From an uncultured Pseudomonadota bacterium (GTDB taxonomy: Bacteria; Myxococcota_A; Polyangia; Fen-1088), in the NCBI GenBank assembly GCA_963737345.1, contig CAVTSM010000003.1, positions 1,113,616 through 1,177,615 on the forward strand: DNA of 64,000 nt, given 5' to 3'. The translations under genes were made by a program, and so were the position numbers. Positions 55,015-63,791 of the stretch are shown in pieces. The notes beneath the pieces were generated by a model. The model was not told the DNA's origin, ran no database searches, and saw only the letters and a list, made by a program, of their open reading frames with translations. Numbering within the stretch: the first letter of the stretch is position 1; each line of letters opens with the position of its first letter.

Positions 55015-56067
55015 ATGTCGAGGATCCGGCTGCCTTACGCGGCGGCGGTGTTCGCCCCGCTGCTGCTGTTCACTGTCGGCTTGGTGGGCTGCCATGGCGG
55101 TGGGGCCGAGCGTTCGTCCGCCGACGCGGCGGGCACCAAGGGCGTCAGCACGCTCGACGGCGCAGTGGCGGGGGAAACCGGCGCGACGGCAGGCCACACC
55201 GGCGCAGCAGGCGGGACCGGCGGCCACGCTGAGGCATCATACCCAGCCGGTGACCCCTGGGCGCGCTGGCCCATGCCCAACGCGCGGTTGCCGAGATTGC
55301 CGCACCCGCACAGTTACGACACGAGCACGCCGGAGGTGGTGGTCGACCGTGTGACGGGTCTGATGTGGCAGCGGGAACTCCCCCAGAAGTTCTACACCTT
55401 CGCGGAGGCCGGGCGTCACTGCGCGAACCTGGACCTGGGTGAACATTCCGACTGGCGGCTTCCGTCCCGGATCGAGCTGGTCTCGCTGCTGGACACCACC
55501 CGCATCCAGCCCTCGATTGAGACCGAGATCTTTCCAAACACGCCGAACGACTGGTTCTGGACCTCGTCGCCGGCCGCTGGTGACCCCAACGCGGCCTGGT
55601 ATGTGTACTTCTACTTCGGGTACCCGAAGACCGACGACAAGAGCAGCCAGTTCTCGGTCCGCTGCGTCCGGTCGCCCCACCGGCCGGCGAATCAACCGCC
55701 GCGCTACCGCGTCGCAAAGGGGGAGGTCGCGGACCTCGATACGGGTCTGCACTGGCAGCGCGCCACCTCGGCCCAGACGCTCACGTTCGATGGGGCCCAC
55801 GCGCTCTGCGCCCACCTTTCGGCTGACGGAAAACGCGGCTGGCGCGTCCCGACGCTCGGCGAGTTGCTGACGCTGATCGACGAGCGCGTCTCGTCCACGC
55901 CCATGATCAATCGCGATGCGTTTCCCGAAACGCCGGGCGAACCATTTTGGACATCCTCTCGGTTCGTCAACGGCCCCGACCGGGCCTGGTACGTGCGATT
56001 CGATTCGGGCGCCGGTCTCTATGGTCGCGTGATCGAGTCCTTCCGCGTCCGCTGCGTTCGGGATTAG
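55015..56067 (+). CDS. lipoprotein with two DUF1566 (Lcl C-terminal-like) domains
   Basis: Lipobox (VGLVGC). Two copies of the pattern D-x-x-TGLMWQR...A...C..L......WRLP...EL.SL.D...... ending in ..VRCVR. Confidence 0.7.
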   Translation: MSRIRLPYAAAVFAPLLLFTVGLVGCHGGGAERSSADAAGTKGVSTLDGAVAGETGATAGHTGAAGGTGGHAEASYPAGDPWARWPMPNARLPRLPHPHSYDTSTPEVVVDRVTGLMWQRELPQKFYTFAEAGRHCANLDLGEHSDWRLPSRIELVSLLDTTRIQPSIETEIFPNTPNDWFWTSSPAAGDPNAAWYVYFYFGYPKTDDKSSQFSVRCVRSPHRPANQPPRYRVAKGEVADLDTGLHWQRATSAQTLTFDGAHALCAHLSADGKRGWRVPTLGELLTLIDERVSSTPMINRDAFPETPGEPFWTSSRFVNGPDRAWYVRFDSGAGLYGRVIESFRVRCVRD

Positions 56068-56073
56068 CGGGAC

Positions 56074-56101
56074 GCGCCTCGGGCGGGTGGGCCCGAGGCG
56101 C
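56074..56101. terminator. perfect 11-bp GC-rich hairpin between convergent genes
   Basis: GCGCCTCGGGC (56074-56084) pairs with GCCCGAGGCGC (56091-56101), with a 6-nt loop. There is no U-tract on either strand. Confidence 0.4.
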
Positions 56102-56107
56102 CCCCTC

Positions 56108-57781
56108 TCAGTGCTGCGCGGGCGGGCAGGTGGTCACCTTCCAGCCGCACACCCCGTCGGCGGTGGGCGCGCACACCGGGCCGGCCGTGGTGCCGTCGGC
56201 GCAGATCATCGTGGCGCCGAGGGGCCCCACGCCCGGGCACATGTCTTTCGTGCAGATGCCGGGCGTGACAGGGACGCAGGCGCAGACGGACGGCGAGCTG
56301 TCGAAACGGCTGTTGGTGGTGCAAAGGACGTTCTGGACGCACGAGCAGATACCCGGGCAGTCAGCGCCGCCGGCGGTGGGGTCGCAGGTGTCCTTCGGAT
56401 TGTCGACGCACTTGCCCAGGCCGGGGCACGGCTTGCCGATGAAGCCGCCGCACGAGACCGCGTCGGGCGCGCACTTGCCGGCGTCGCAGTGCGTGCCTGC
56501 CGCGCACTTTACGGTCTCGCAGGGGTCGATCGGCGGCGGGTTGCACTTGCACGTGCGGCAGCCGTTCGCATCCAGCGCGTTGCCGTAGTCGCAATAGATG
56601 TCGCAGACCGGGCCGCAAACCGGCGGTTTGACGGGCACGCAGGCGCAGACCGACGGCGAGCTGTCGAACCGGCTGTTGGTGGTGCAAAGGACGTTCTGGA
56701 CGCACGAGCAGATACCCGGGCAGTCAGCGCCGCCGGCGGCGGGGTCGCAGGTGTCCTTCGGATTGTCGACGCACTTGCCCAGGCCGGGGCACGGCTTGCC
56801 GATGAAGCCGCCGCACGAGACCGCGTCGGGCGCGCACTTGCCGGCGTCGCAATGCGTGCCTGCCGCGCACTTCACCGTCGCGCACGGGTCGGCCGGCGGC
56901 GGGTTGCACTTGCACGTGGGGCAGCCGTTCGCGTCCAGCACGTTGCCGTAGTCGCAATAGATGTCGCAGACCGGGCCGCAGACCGGAGGCTTGACGGGCA
57001 CGCAGGCGCAGACCGACGGCGACGGATCCCAGTTCGTGTTCGCGTCGCACACCGCCGACTTCGGGCACGAGCAGATGCCGCCGCAATCAGCACCGCCGGC
57101 CTTGGGGTCGCAGCTGTCGTTCGGATTGTCGACGCACTTGCCGGCGCCGGGACAGGGGATCCCGCCGATCCCACCGCAGAAGATCGCCTGAGAGATACAC
57201 TTGCCGGTCGCGGGATCGCAATGACCGCCATCCGCGCACTTGATCCCCGCGCACTGGTCGGTCCCACAGTTGACGATGGTGTCGCTCTTGTAAAACTGCG
57301 CCGACGTTCCCGGCTGCTTCGGGAACTTGATGAGCGCGTACGGCGCCGTGAGCACCTGAGTCACCGGACAGGACGCTCCGGGCGATGACAATTGCGTGAT
57401 GGCGATCAGGCTGGTCCCGGCGCGAAGCACGGCCACGAAGCTCGCCCCGTAGCCGCCCGTGGGCTCCGTGCCGGCGGCGTAGAACATCACCCAGTCGCGC
57501 GAAAAGTCGACGGCCGGCGGGGGCGCGTGTCCGAAGAAGCTCTGGTAACCGGCCGCGCTGCGGATCAGCGTGCGCGTCGTGGTGGCTGCGCGCGCGCTCA
57601 CGTCATCGCTGAACGCATCGAACGAAATCGTGGCGGCCGCATCGGGCGGCGTCCCGGCCGCGCGGACGTCGCCCGCGACCTGCTGGACGTCGTCGGGCCC
57701 GCTGAGGCCCTCGCCGCACCCGACGGCCACCAGTACGACGAACAGTGAACCTTTTCGAAGACAAGTCTGGAAAGAGCTCAT
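56108..57781 (-). CDS. lipoprotein: PrcB_C-like N-terminal domain plus Cys-rich 121-aa tandem repeats (antistasin-like 6-Cys motifs)
   Basis: Lipobox (LVAVGC). WVMFYAAGTEPTGGYGASFVAV...ITQLSSPGASCPVTQVLTAPYALIKF resembles the PrcB C-terminal domain. Repeats follow, containing CGPVCDIYCDYGN(A/V)LDANGC(R/P)TCKC and C.TVKCAAGTHCDAGKC modules. Confidence 0.7.
   Translation of the reverse strand: MSSFQTCLRKGSLFVVLVAVGCGEGLSGPDDVQQVAGDVRAAGTPPDAAATISFDAFSDDVSARAATTTRTLIRSAAGYQSFFGHAPPPAVDFSRDWVMFYAAGTEPTGGYGASFVAVLRAGTSLIAITQLSSPGASCPVTQVLTAPYALIKFPKQPGTSAQFYKSDTIVNCGTDQCAGIKCADGGHCDPATGKCISQAIFCGGIGGIPCPGAGKCVDNPNDSCDPKAGGADCGGICSCPKSAVCDANTNWDPSPSVCACVPVKPPVCGPVCDIYCDYGNVLDANGCPTCKCNPPPADPCATVKCAAGTHCDAGKCAPDAVSCGGFIGKPCPGLGKCVDNPKDTCDPAAGGADCPGICSCVQNVLCTTNSRFDSSPSVCACVPVKPPVCGPVCDIYCDYGNALDANGCRTCKCNPPPIDPCETVKCAAGTHCDAGKCAPDAVSCGGFIGKPCPGLGKCVDNPKDTCDPTAGGADCPGICSCVQNVLCTTNSRFDSSPSVCACVPVTPGICTKDMCPGVGPLGATMICADGTTAGPVCAPTADGVCGWKVTTCPPAQH
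56274..56999. repeat. two near-identical 363-bp tandem repeat units inside the Cys-rich gene (third, degenerate unit about 57000-57240)
   Basis: The string ACGCAGGCGCAGAC recurs at 56274, 56637 and 57000 (period 363 nt = 121 codons). Units 1 and 2 differ at only scattered positions; unit 3 diverges at the DNA level but keeps the Cys pattern. Confidence 0.9.
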
Positions 57782-57928
57782 GGTCCCGTACCCAGCAAAT
57801 GTTGGGCCGACTTCGCGGGCCCGCCGGCCTGCGTTGCGCCGCAGGCCGCCTACGCCGGCGGCTCAGAAAACCGAGACATTGCCTGCCACCAGCGTCAATG
57901 ATCTGAAGGAACCGGCAGGGGCTATAGT

Positions 57929-58681
57929 TTGCCGATGGGGGACGAGAACGCACGGTACGAGCTCTATTACTGGCCTTCCATCCAGGGACGTGGCGAGTTC
58001 GTCCGGCTGGCGTTGGAGGCGGCCGGCGCGCCCTATGTCGACGTCGCGCGGGTGCCCGCGGAAGAGGGAGGCGGGGTCAAGGTGCTGCAGGCGCTGCTGG
58101 CCAGCACGGCTGGCGGGGGCCCGTTCTTTGCCCCCCCGGTCCTGCGACACGGCGGGGTGACGCTGTCGCAAACGGCGGCGATCCTTCAGTACCTTGGCCC
58201 GCGTTTGCGGCTGGTTCCGGATGACGACGGCAGTCGCTTGCGCGCGCATCACCTGCAGCTCACCATCGCCGACTTCGTGCTGGAGGCGCACGACACGCAC
58301 CACCCGATCGCGTCCAGCCTCTACTACGAGGACCAGAAGCCGGAGGCGACCCGCCGCGCGCGGGCGTTCGTGCAAAGCCGCTTGCCGAAGTACCTCGGCT
58401 ACTTCGAGCGCGCCGTCGAAAGCAACGGCGCGGGCGCCGGCCCGCACGCCGTCGGCGCCGCGCTCTCGTACGTGGATCTGTCCCTGTTCCAGGTCATGGT
58501 CGGGCTCGAATACGCGTTTCCGCGCGCGCTCTCGCGGGTCGCTGCCCAGACGCCGCACCTGCTGCGACTGCGCGATCGCGTCGCCATCGAACCTTCGGTC
58601 GCGGCTTACCTGCAGTCGCCGCGACGTATTCCGTTCAACCAGCAGGGCATCTTCCGGCGATATCCAGAGCTGGACGTCTGA
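57929..58681 (+). CDS. glutathione S-transferase family protein
   Basis: YELYYWPSIQGRGEFVRLALEAAG (thioredoxin-like N-domain), PPVLRHGGVTLSQTAAILQYLG, and a helical C-domain. Confidence 0.75.
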   Translation: MPMGDENARYELYYWPSIQGRGEFVRLALEAAGAPYVDVARVPAEEGGGVKVLQALLASTAGGGPFFAPPVLRHGGVTLSQTAAILQYLGPRLRLVPDDDGSRLRAHHLQLTIADFVLEAHDTHHPIASSLYYEDQKPEATRRARAFVQSRLPKYLGYFERAVESNGAGAGPHAVGAALSYVDLSLFQVMVGLEYAFPRALSRVAAQTPHLLRLRDRVAIEPSVAAYLQSPRRIPFNQQGIFRRYPELDV

Positions 58682-58706
58682 AGCGCCGGCGCGATCGCGC
58701 GCGCCG

Positions 58707-59126
58707 TCAGGCGGTGCAGCTCACGGTGTACATGTGCAGGTGGGCGGGCGTGCCTGCCTGTGTCGACACGACCGTCACTTGGCCGCCCCCCTTGATCGTC
58801 GCCAGATCCGCGGCGGTGAGTGTCACGGCGTGCATGTGTCCCGCCGCCACGCTGGTGTTGATCGTTTGATCCGTCGTCGCATTCAGATCGGACGCCGGTA
58901 TCGAGACGGTGTGGACGTGGCCATTGGCGTCGGCCACCTGGGTCTCGGGCAGCGGATTCGCGCACGCGCCGCCGGTGGTTCCGCCGCTGCCGGTCCCGGC
59001 GCCGGTCGTTCCACCGGTTCCGCCGGACGTGCTGCTGGAACTGCAGGCCCCCACCGCCGCCGCGCCTCCCAGCAACGTAAACGTCAGCGTCAGGAACTCT
59101 TTGCGATCAAGTGTCTTTGAAGTCAT
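58707..59126 (-). CDS. small lipoprotein with three HxH motifs (possible metal-binding)
   Basis: DRKEFLTLTFTLLGGAAAVGAC (an RK variant of a Tat-like signal, plus a lipobox). A Gly/Thr linker follows, then GHVHTV, GHMHAVTL and AHLHMYTVSC. Confidence 0.55.
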   Translation of the reverse strand: MTSKTLDRKEFLTLTFTLLGGAAAVGACSSSSTSGGTGGTTGAGTGSGGTTGGACANPLPETQVADANGHVHTVSIPASDLNATTDQTINTSVAAGHMHAVTLTAADLATIKGGGQVTVVSTQAGTPAHLHMYTVSCTA

Positions 59127-59354
59127 GGAGCGTCTCCCGCGACAGGCTGGCGTCGCCCCATGACCGTGACCATGCCTCGCCTGCGCCGCCAGCTAACCGG
59201 TCGACTGATTCGACGAAACACTCATTCGACCAGGTCTTGCCAACGCGCGCGCGTTGGCAGATCATCCCTGCGGGCTGAACTTTCCTGGGCATTTTTTCCT
59301 CGTCTGGCGTTCATCCCTTCACAGTCCGGCGCCGTTTTTGGCAGGGAGATCTCC

Positions 59355-61232
59355 ATGACAGGCATTGGTCGCGTAGCAGGCTCTCGTTGGTCGGCACTCT
59401 CCTGGGCGAGTTCTTGGATGCTGGGGGCCACGATCGGCCTGGCGGCTGGTTGTGGCGGCAGCGGCGCAACGCCGGCGGCCACCCCGCAGAAGCTGACGAT
59501 CCTCCACACGAACGACTTGCACTCGCATCTCATGGGCAAGTCTCCCGAGGCCGACTACACCCCGGCCACCACCGCCGACGATCAGACGACCGGCGGCTTC
59601 GCGCGGCTGGCGACCGCCATCGGGACAGCCCGAACGGCGGCGTCCACAGCCGGCAGGCAGGTGCTGTTGCTGGACGCCGGCGATTTCATGATGGGCTCGT
59701 TGTTCGAGATCATCTCCACGCACGTCGCGCCCGAGCTGGCAATGATGAAGGCGCTGGGATACGACGCGACGACCGTCGGCAACCACGAGCTGGACTGGAC
59801 CCCCACGGGGCTAGCGGCGATCCTTCAGGCGGCAACGGCCGCCGGCCCGACGGTGCCGATTGTCTCGAGCAACATGAACTTTTCGGATGCCGACGCGGGG
59901 GACGACGGCCTGCAGGCAGTGGCGGCGGCTGGGGTCATTCAACCCAAGCTGGTGAAGACCGTCGGGACCCTGAAAGTGGGCATCTTCGGGCTGCTCGGCA
60001 GCGAGGCCGCGTCGGTGACGCCGCAAGCGGCCCCGCTGACCTTCGAGCCGATCGCGGCGGCCGCGACACGGATGGTCGCGGACCTGCGCAACAACGACAA
60101 GGTCGATCTGGTGATCGCGCTGTCCCACTCGGGCATCTACAGCAATGGCACGGGCGAAGACGCCGTCCTCGCGCAGGCGGTGCCCGGCATCGACGTCATC
60201 GTCAGCGGCCACACCCACGACGCCCTGACGCAGCCCAAGCAGATCGGCAGCACCTGGATCGTCACCGCCGGCAAGTACGGCGAAAATCTCGGCAACCTAC
60301 AGCTGACGGTCACGAAGGGCGCCAAGGCCGGCGATCCGGCGACCGTCGCGCTGGACGGCTACACGCTGCAACCGATGGACGATCAGGTCCCGGGCGACGC
60401 CACCACCCAGAGCGCCGTGGACAGCTACATCGCAGGGGTCGACATGGCGCTGCAGGGAGCGGGGCTCACGTACAAGATGCCCGTCGCCGAGACGGCCGCC
60501 GATCTGGCGCTGCCGGCGTTCGCCGAGGCACCCGTCGGGAACCTGGTCGCCGACGCCTACCTGAAGATCACCGGCGCGGTGCAGCCGACGGCGCCGCCGG
60601 CCATGGCGTTCGAGGCGAACGGTCAGATTCGCTCCGACATCCAGAAGGGCAAGACCGGCGTCCTCTGGTTCGAGGATCTGTTCCGCGTGCTGCCCGACGG
60701 CATCGGCCCCGACCAAAACCCGGGATACCCGCTGGTCACGTTCTACCTGAACGCGCAGGACGTGCTCTCGGGCCTGCAGTTCGACGCCGCCAGCGACGTC
60801 GTGGGGAACGACTTCTTCCTGCAGGTGTCGTCCGGACTATCGGTCACCTACGACATGACGCGCCCGGCGTTCGCGCGCATCACCAGCGCCAGCGTCAAGA
60901 CGGACGCCGGCGTGAAGACGCTGGACGCGATGGACACGACCACCTGCTACAAGGTCGTGTCGACCAACTTCGTCGCCGGTCTGCTGGGCGTCGTCAAGGC
61001 GCAGACCGGCGGTGTGCTGTCGGTGGTGCCGAAGGCCGCCGACTGCACGACGGTCATCGATCCGACCGTCAACTTCGTCAATCGGGATCCGACCACGACG
61101 GCCGTGGAAGAGCTGAAGGACTGGCAGGCCCTGCTGAAGTACGTGGGCAGCTTCCCCGACACGGACGCCGATGGCCTGCCCAACATTCCCGCGGCCTACG
61201 CCACGCCGCAGATGCGCATCGTCGGGCAGTGA
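59355..61232 (+). CDS. bifunctional metallophosphatase / 5'-nucleotidase lipoprotein
   Basis: The ATG at 59355 gives a lipobox (IGLAAGC). Motifs: ILHTNDLHSH, LLLDAGDFMMGS, TVGNHELDW, ALSHSG, SGHTHD, and a C-terminal 5'-nucleotidase substrate domain. Confidence 0.85.
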   Translation: MTGIGRVAGSRWSALSWASSWMLGATIGLAAGCGGSGATPAATPQKLTILHTNDLHSHLMGKSPEADYTPATTADDQTTGGFARLATAIGTARTAASTAGRQVLLLDAGDFMMGSLFEIISTHVAPELAMMKALGYDATTVGNHELDWTPTGLAAILQAATAAGPTVPIVSSNMNFSDADAGDDGLQAVAAAGVIQPKLVKTVGTLKVGIFGLLGSEAASVTPQAAPLTFEPIAAAATRMVADLRNNDKVDLVIALSHSGIYSNGTGEDAVLAQAVPGIDVIVSGHTHDALTQPKQIGSTWIVTAGKYGENLGNLQLTVTKGAKAGDPATVALDGYTLQPMDDQVPGDATTQSAVDSYIAGVDMALQGAGLTYKMPVAETAADLALPAFAEAPVGNLVADAYLKITGAVQPTAPPAMAFEANGQIRSDIQKGKTGVLWFEDLFRVLPDGIGPDQNPGYPLVTFYLNAQDVLSGLQFDAASDVVGNDFFLQVSSGLSVTYDMTRPAFARITSASVKTDAGVKTLDAMDTTTCYKVVSTNFVAGLLGVVKAQTGGVLSVVPKAADCTTVIDPTVNFVNRDPTTTAVEELKDWQALLKYVGSFPDTDADGLPNIPAAYATPQMRIVGQ

Positions 61233-62569
61233 TGCGGGCAGCCTGGCGCGCCATGGGGGTGGCCGGCCTGGCCGTCGCGGCGGCAAGCTGCACGCCCAGC
61301 ATCGGGAAGGACCCGGTGCCGGCGGCGATGCAGTGGGAGCCCTTACCGCCGCGCGTGCCAAGCCCCTCGCTGTTGCTGGTCGACCGGGCGACCGGTCGCA
61401 TCGATTTCAGCCTGGCGGGGCTCCCCGTCCCCGAGCAATGCGCCGCGCAGACCCAGTTGCCGCGGGCGGCCTGCGAGTTCGACCATTACTTGCAAACGTT
61501 GAACGGTTTTCCGACCACCACGACGGCGATGGCGCCCGCCAGCGCGGCGCTGGATTCGGCGACGCTGACCCTCGGCACCAACGTCGTGGCCGTCGCGACG
61601 ACGGGCAGCGGGACGGCAGCGCCCGTGAACGTCGCCGTCGGGTTTGATCCCTCCAGCAACTTCCTGACGGTGGCCCCGCAACCGACCTGGGAATTGGGGA
61701 CGCTCTACTGGTTCGCGGTGCGCGGCTACGAAAACGGCGTTCGCACGACCACCGGCGCGCAGGTCGTCGGCTCGCCGACGATGTCGCTGCTCAAGCAAGA
61801 GTCGCCGCTGGATTGCGGCGCGATGGACGACAGTCTCCCCGATCGGACGTGCCCCGCCTACGATCTGCTGCTGTCGCAGGGGTTGGCCCCACTGAATGCC
61901 GCCGCGACGCTGAGGCAGCTGGAAAAGGCGCGCCTCGCGTACCTGATGACCGGCGCCTGGGAGGCGGTCGCGGCCGCGGGGATTCCCAAGTCGGAGGTCG
62001 CCGTGTTGTGGGGCTTCCCCACCCACACCAACTCGGTCGTCGAGCTCAGCGCGCCGGCGCCCGTTCCCCAGATCACCGCGCCCAACCAGATCCACGTGGC
62101 CGTGCATGGCGCGATCGATCCGGCGACGGTCGTGCCGTTCATCGTCCGGCAACAGGCCGGGACCGTGATTGTCATGGACCTCGACGCCGTCGCGCAGGGG
62201 GATCTCGTCAACGGGCTGCCCCGCATCGACGCGCAGCTCGTGAACGGCGAGATCGTCATCACGGGGCAGAACCCGTTTCCTGCCAATCACACGATCGGTC
62301 TCTTCTTCACGAACGGCCTGCATGATCCGGCCGGACAACCGCTGGTGGCCTCGCCTGTTTCGGTGCTGCTGACGTTACAGGGGTCCCTGATCGATTCGCA
62401 GATGCACAGCGTGATCTCCGGCCTGACGGACGCCCAGGCCGCCATGGCCGAAGCCGGACGCCGGCAGCTCGAACCGCTGTTCGACAACGCCGCCCTGGCC
62501 GGCCTGACCGGCATCAAGCGGGAGAACCTGGTTTACTGTTTCGCCTTCAGCTTCGGAGTCGCGCCATGA
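61232..62569 (+). CDS. hypothetical lipoprotein
   Basis: The ATG overlaps the upstream stop (TGATG). Lipobox (LAVAAASC). The 446-aa protein looks Ig-like/beta-rich. No family recognised. It is translationally coupled to the FadL-like gene. Confidence 0.6.
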   Translation: MRAAWRAMGVAGLAVAAASCTPSIGKDPVPAAMQWEPLPPRVPSPSLLLVDRATGRIDFSLAGLPVPEQCAAQTQLPRAACEFDHYLQTLNGFPTTTTAMAPASAALDSATLTLGTNVVAVATTGSGTAAPVNVAVGFDPSSNFLTVAPQPTWELGTLYWFAVRGYENGVRTTTGAQVVGSPTMSLLKQESPLDCGAMDDSLPDRTCPAYDLLLSQGLAPLNAAATLRQLEKARLAYLMTGAWEAVAAAGIPKSEVAVLWGFPTHTNSVVELSAPAPVPQITAPNQIHVAVHGAIDPATVVPFIVRQQAGTVIVMDLDAVAQGDLVNGLPRIDAQLVNGEIVITGQNPFPANHTIGLFFTNGLHDPAGQPLVASPVSVLLTLQGSLIDSQMHSVISGLTDAQAAMAEAGRRQLEPLFDNAALAGLTGIKRENLVYCFAFSFGVAP

Positions 62570-63783
62570 AGCGGCTTTGGTTGGCGGGCGCGCTGGCCGC
62601 CGTCGCTGCGTCGGTGGGCGGCGCGCGCGTCTGCCGCGCGGGCGGCTTCTTGATCTACGATCTCTCCGGCGAGGCCATCGGCCGCGCATCGGCCGTGGCC
62701 GCCTCGACCGACGAGCCGGCGGCGATCTGGTTCAACCCGGCGGCGTTGTCGTTCATGGGGCCGGGCGCGTCCGCGGGCGGGGTCTACGTGACGGCCAAGT
62801 CCCGTTTTTCGCCCGCGAGCGGCGGGGCCTCGACGGACAGCCAGCGGGGCAATTTCTTCCTGCCGACGGTGTTCGCGAACACGCCGGTCAGCAACCGGGT
62901 GGCGGTCGGCCTGGGCGTCTACACGGCTTTCGGGATCGGCATCCGCTGGCCCGACGACTGGATCGGGCGCGAAGCGACGGTGGCCGCGTCGCTGGAGACG
63001 CTGGCCATCAACCCGACGGTGGCCGTGCAGCTCGAGCACCGGCTGTCGCTGGCGGTCGGCTTCGACGCGGTCCGCGGCGCGGTCGACTTCACGAACGGCC
63101 TACCGGCCCTGGCTGGTGGCGACGTCCGCCTGGGCGGCGGCACTTGGGGATTTGGCGGCAACGCCGCCCTGCTCTACCGGCCGCTGCCCAACCAGCTGCA
63201 CGCCGCGCTGACCTACCGCAGCCGCGTCCGCCTGAAATTCAACGGGCAGGCCGACTTCGATCCGACCAACCCCGACTTCGCGCCCGCGCTGCCCGACCAG
63301 CCAGGGACGGCGACCATCACCTTGCCGGACGCGTTCACGTTGGGTGTGATGTTCCGGCCGCGCGCGGACCTGACTCTGGAAGCCGACGTGAACTATGTCC
63401 TGTGGAGCACGTACGACCAGATCGACATCCAATTCCAGAGCGCCCCGAAGCACGTCATCCAGCCCGAGGGCCGCAACGCCTTCACGGCGCGCGTGGGCGG
63501 CGATTTCCGCCTTCCTCGCCCCGACCTGCACCTGCGCGCCGGCTTCATCTTCGACCAGCAGACGATCCCGTCTTCGGGTCTGGGACCGGGCCTGCCCGAC
63601 GGCAACCGCCTGGACGGCACGATCGGCGTCGGCTACTCCTTCGACCGGTTCACCGCCGACCTGGGGTACATGCTGGTGTACGTGCTGCCGGCGGATTCCA
63701 CGACCGGCCGCGAAGGACCGCCCGGCACCTACCACACGATCGCGCAGCTGGTGGGGCTGACGCTTCGCGCCCGCTGGCCCTGA
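62566..63783 (+). CDS. FadL/TodX-family outer-membrane transport protein
   Basis: ATGA overlap. Signal peptide, then the N-terminal hatch-like GGFLIYDLSGEAIGRASAVAAS...PAAIWFNPAAL. Beta-barrel strands run to the C-terminal ...LVGLTLRARW. Confidence 0.8.
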   Translation: MKRLWLAGALAAVAASVGGARVCRAGGFLIYDLSGEAIGRASAVAASTDEPAAIWFNPAALSFMGPGASAGGVYVTAKSRFSPASGGASTDSQRGNFFLPTVFANTPVSNRVAVGLGVYTAFGIGIRWPDDWIGREATVAASLETLAINPTVAVQLEHRLSLAVGFDAVRGAVDFTNGLPALAGGDVRLGGGTWGFGGNAALLYRPLPNQLHAALTYRSRVRLKFNGQADFDPTNPDFAPALPDQPGTATITLPDAFTLGVMFRPRADLTLEADVNYVLWSTYDQIDIQFQSAPKHVIQPEGRNAFTARVGGDFRLPRPDLHLRAGFIFDQQTIPSSGLGPGLPDGNRLDGTIGVGYSFDRFTADLGYMLVYVLPADSTTGREGPPGTYHTIAQLVGLTLRARWP

Positions 63784-63791
63784 GCGCCGCC

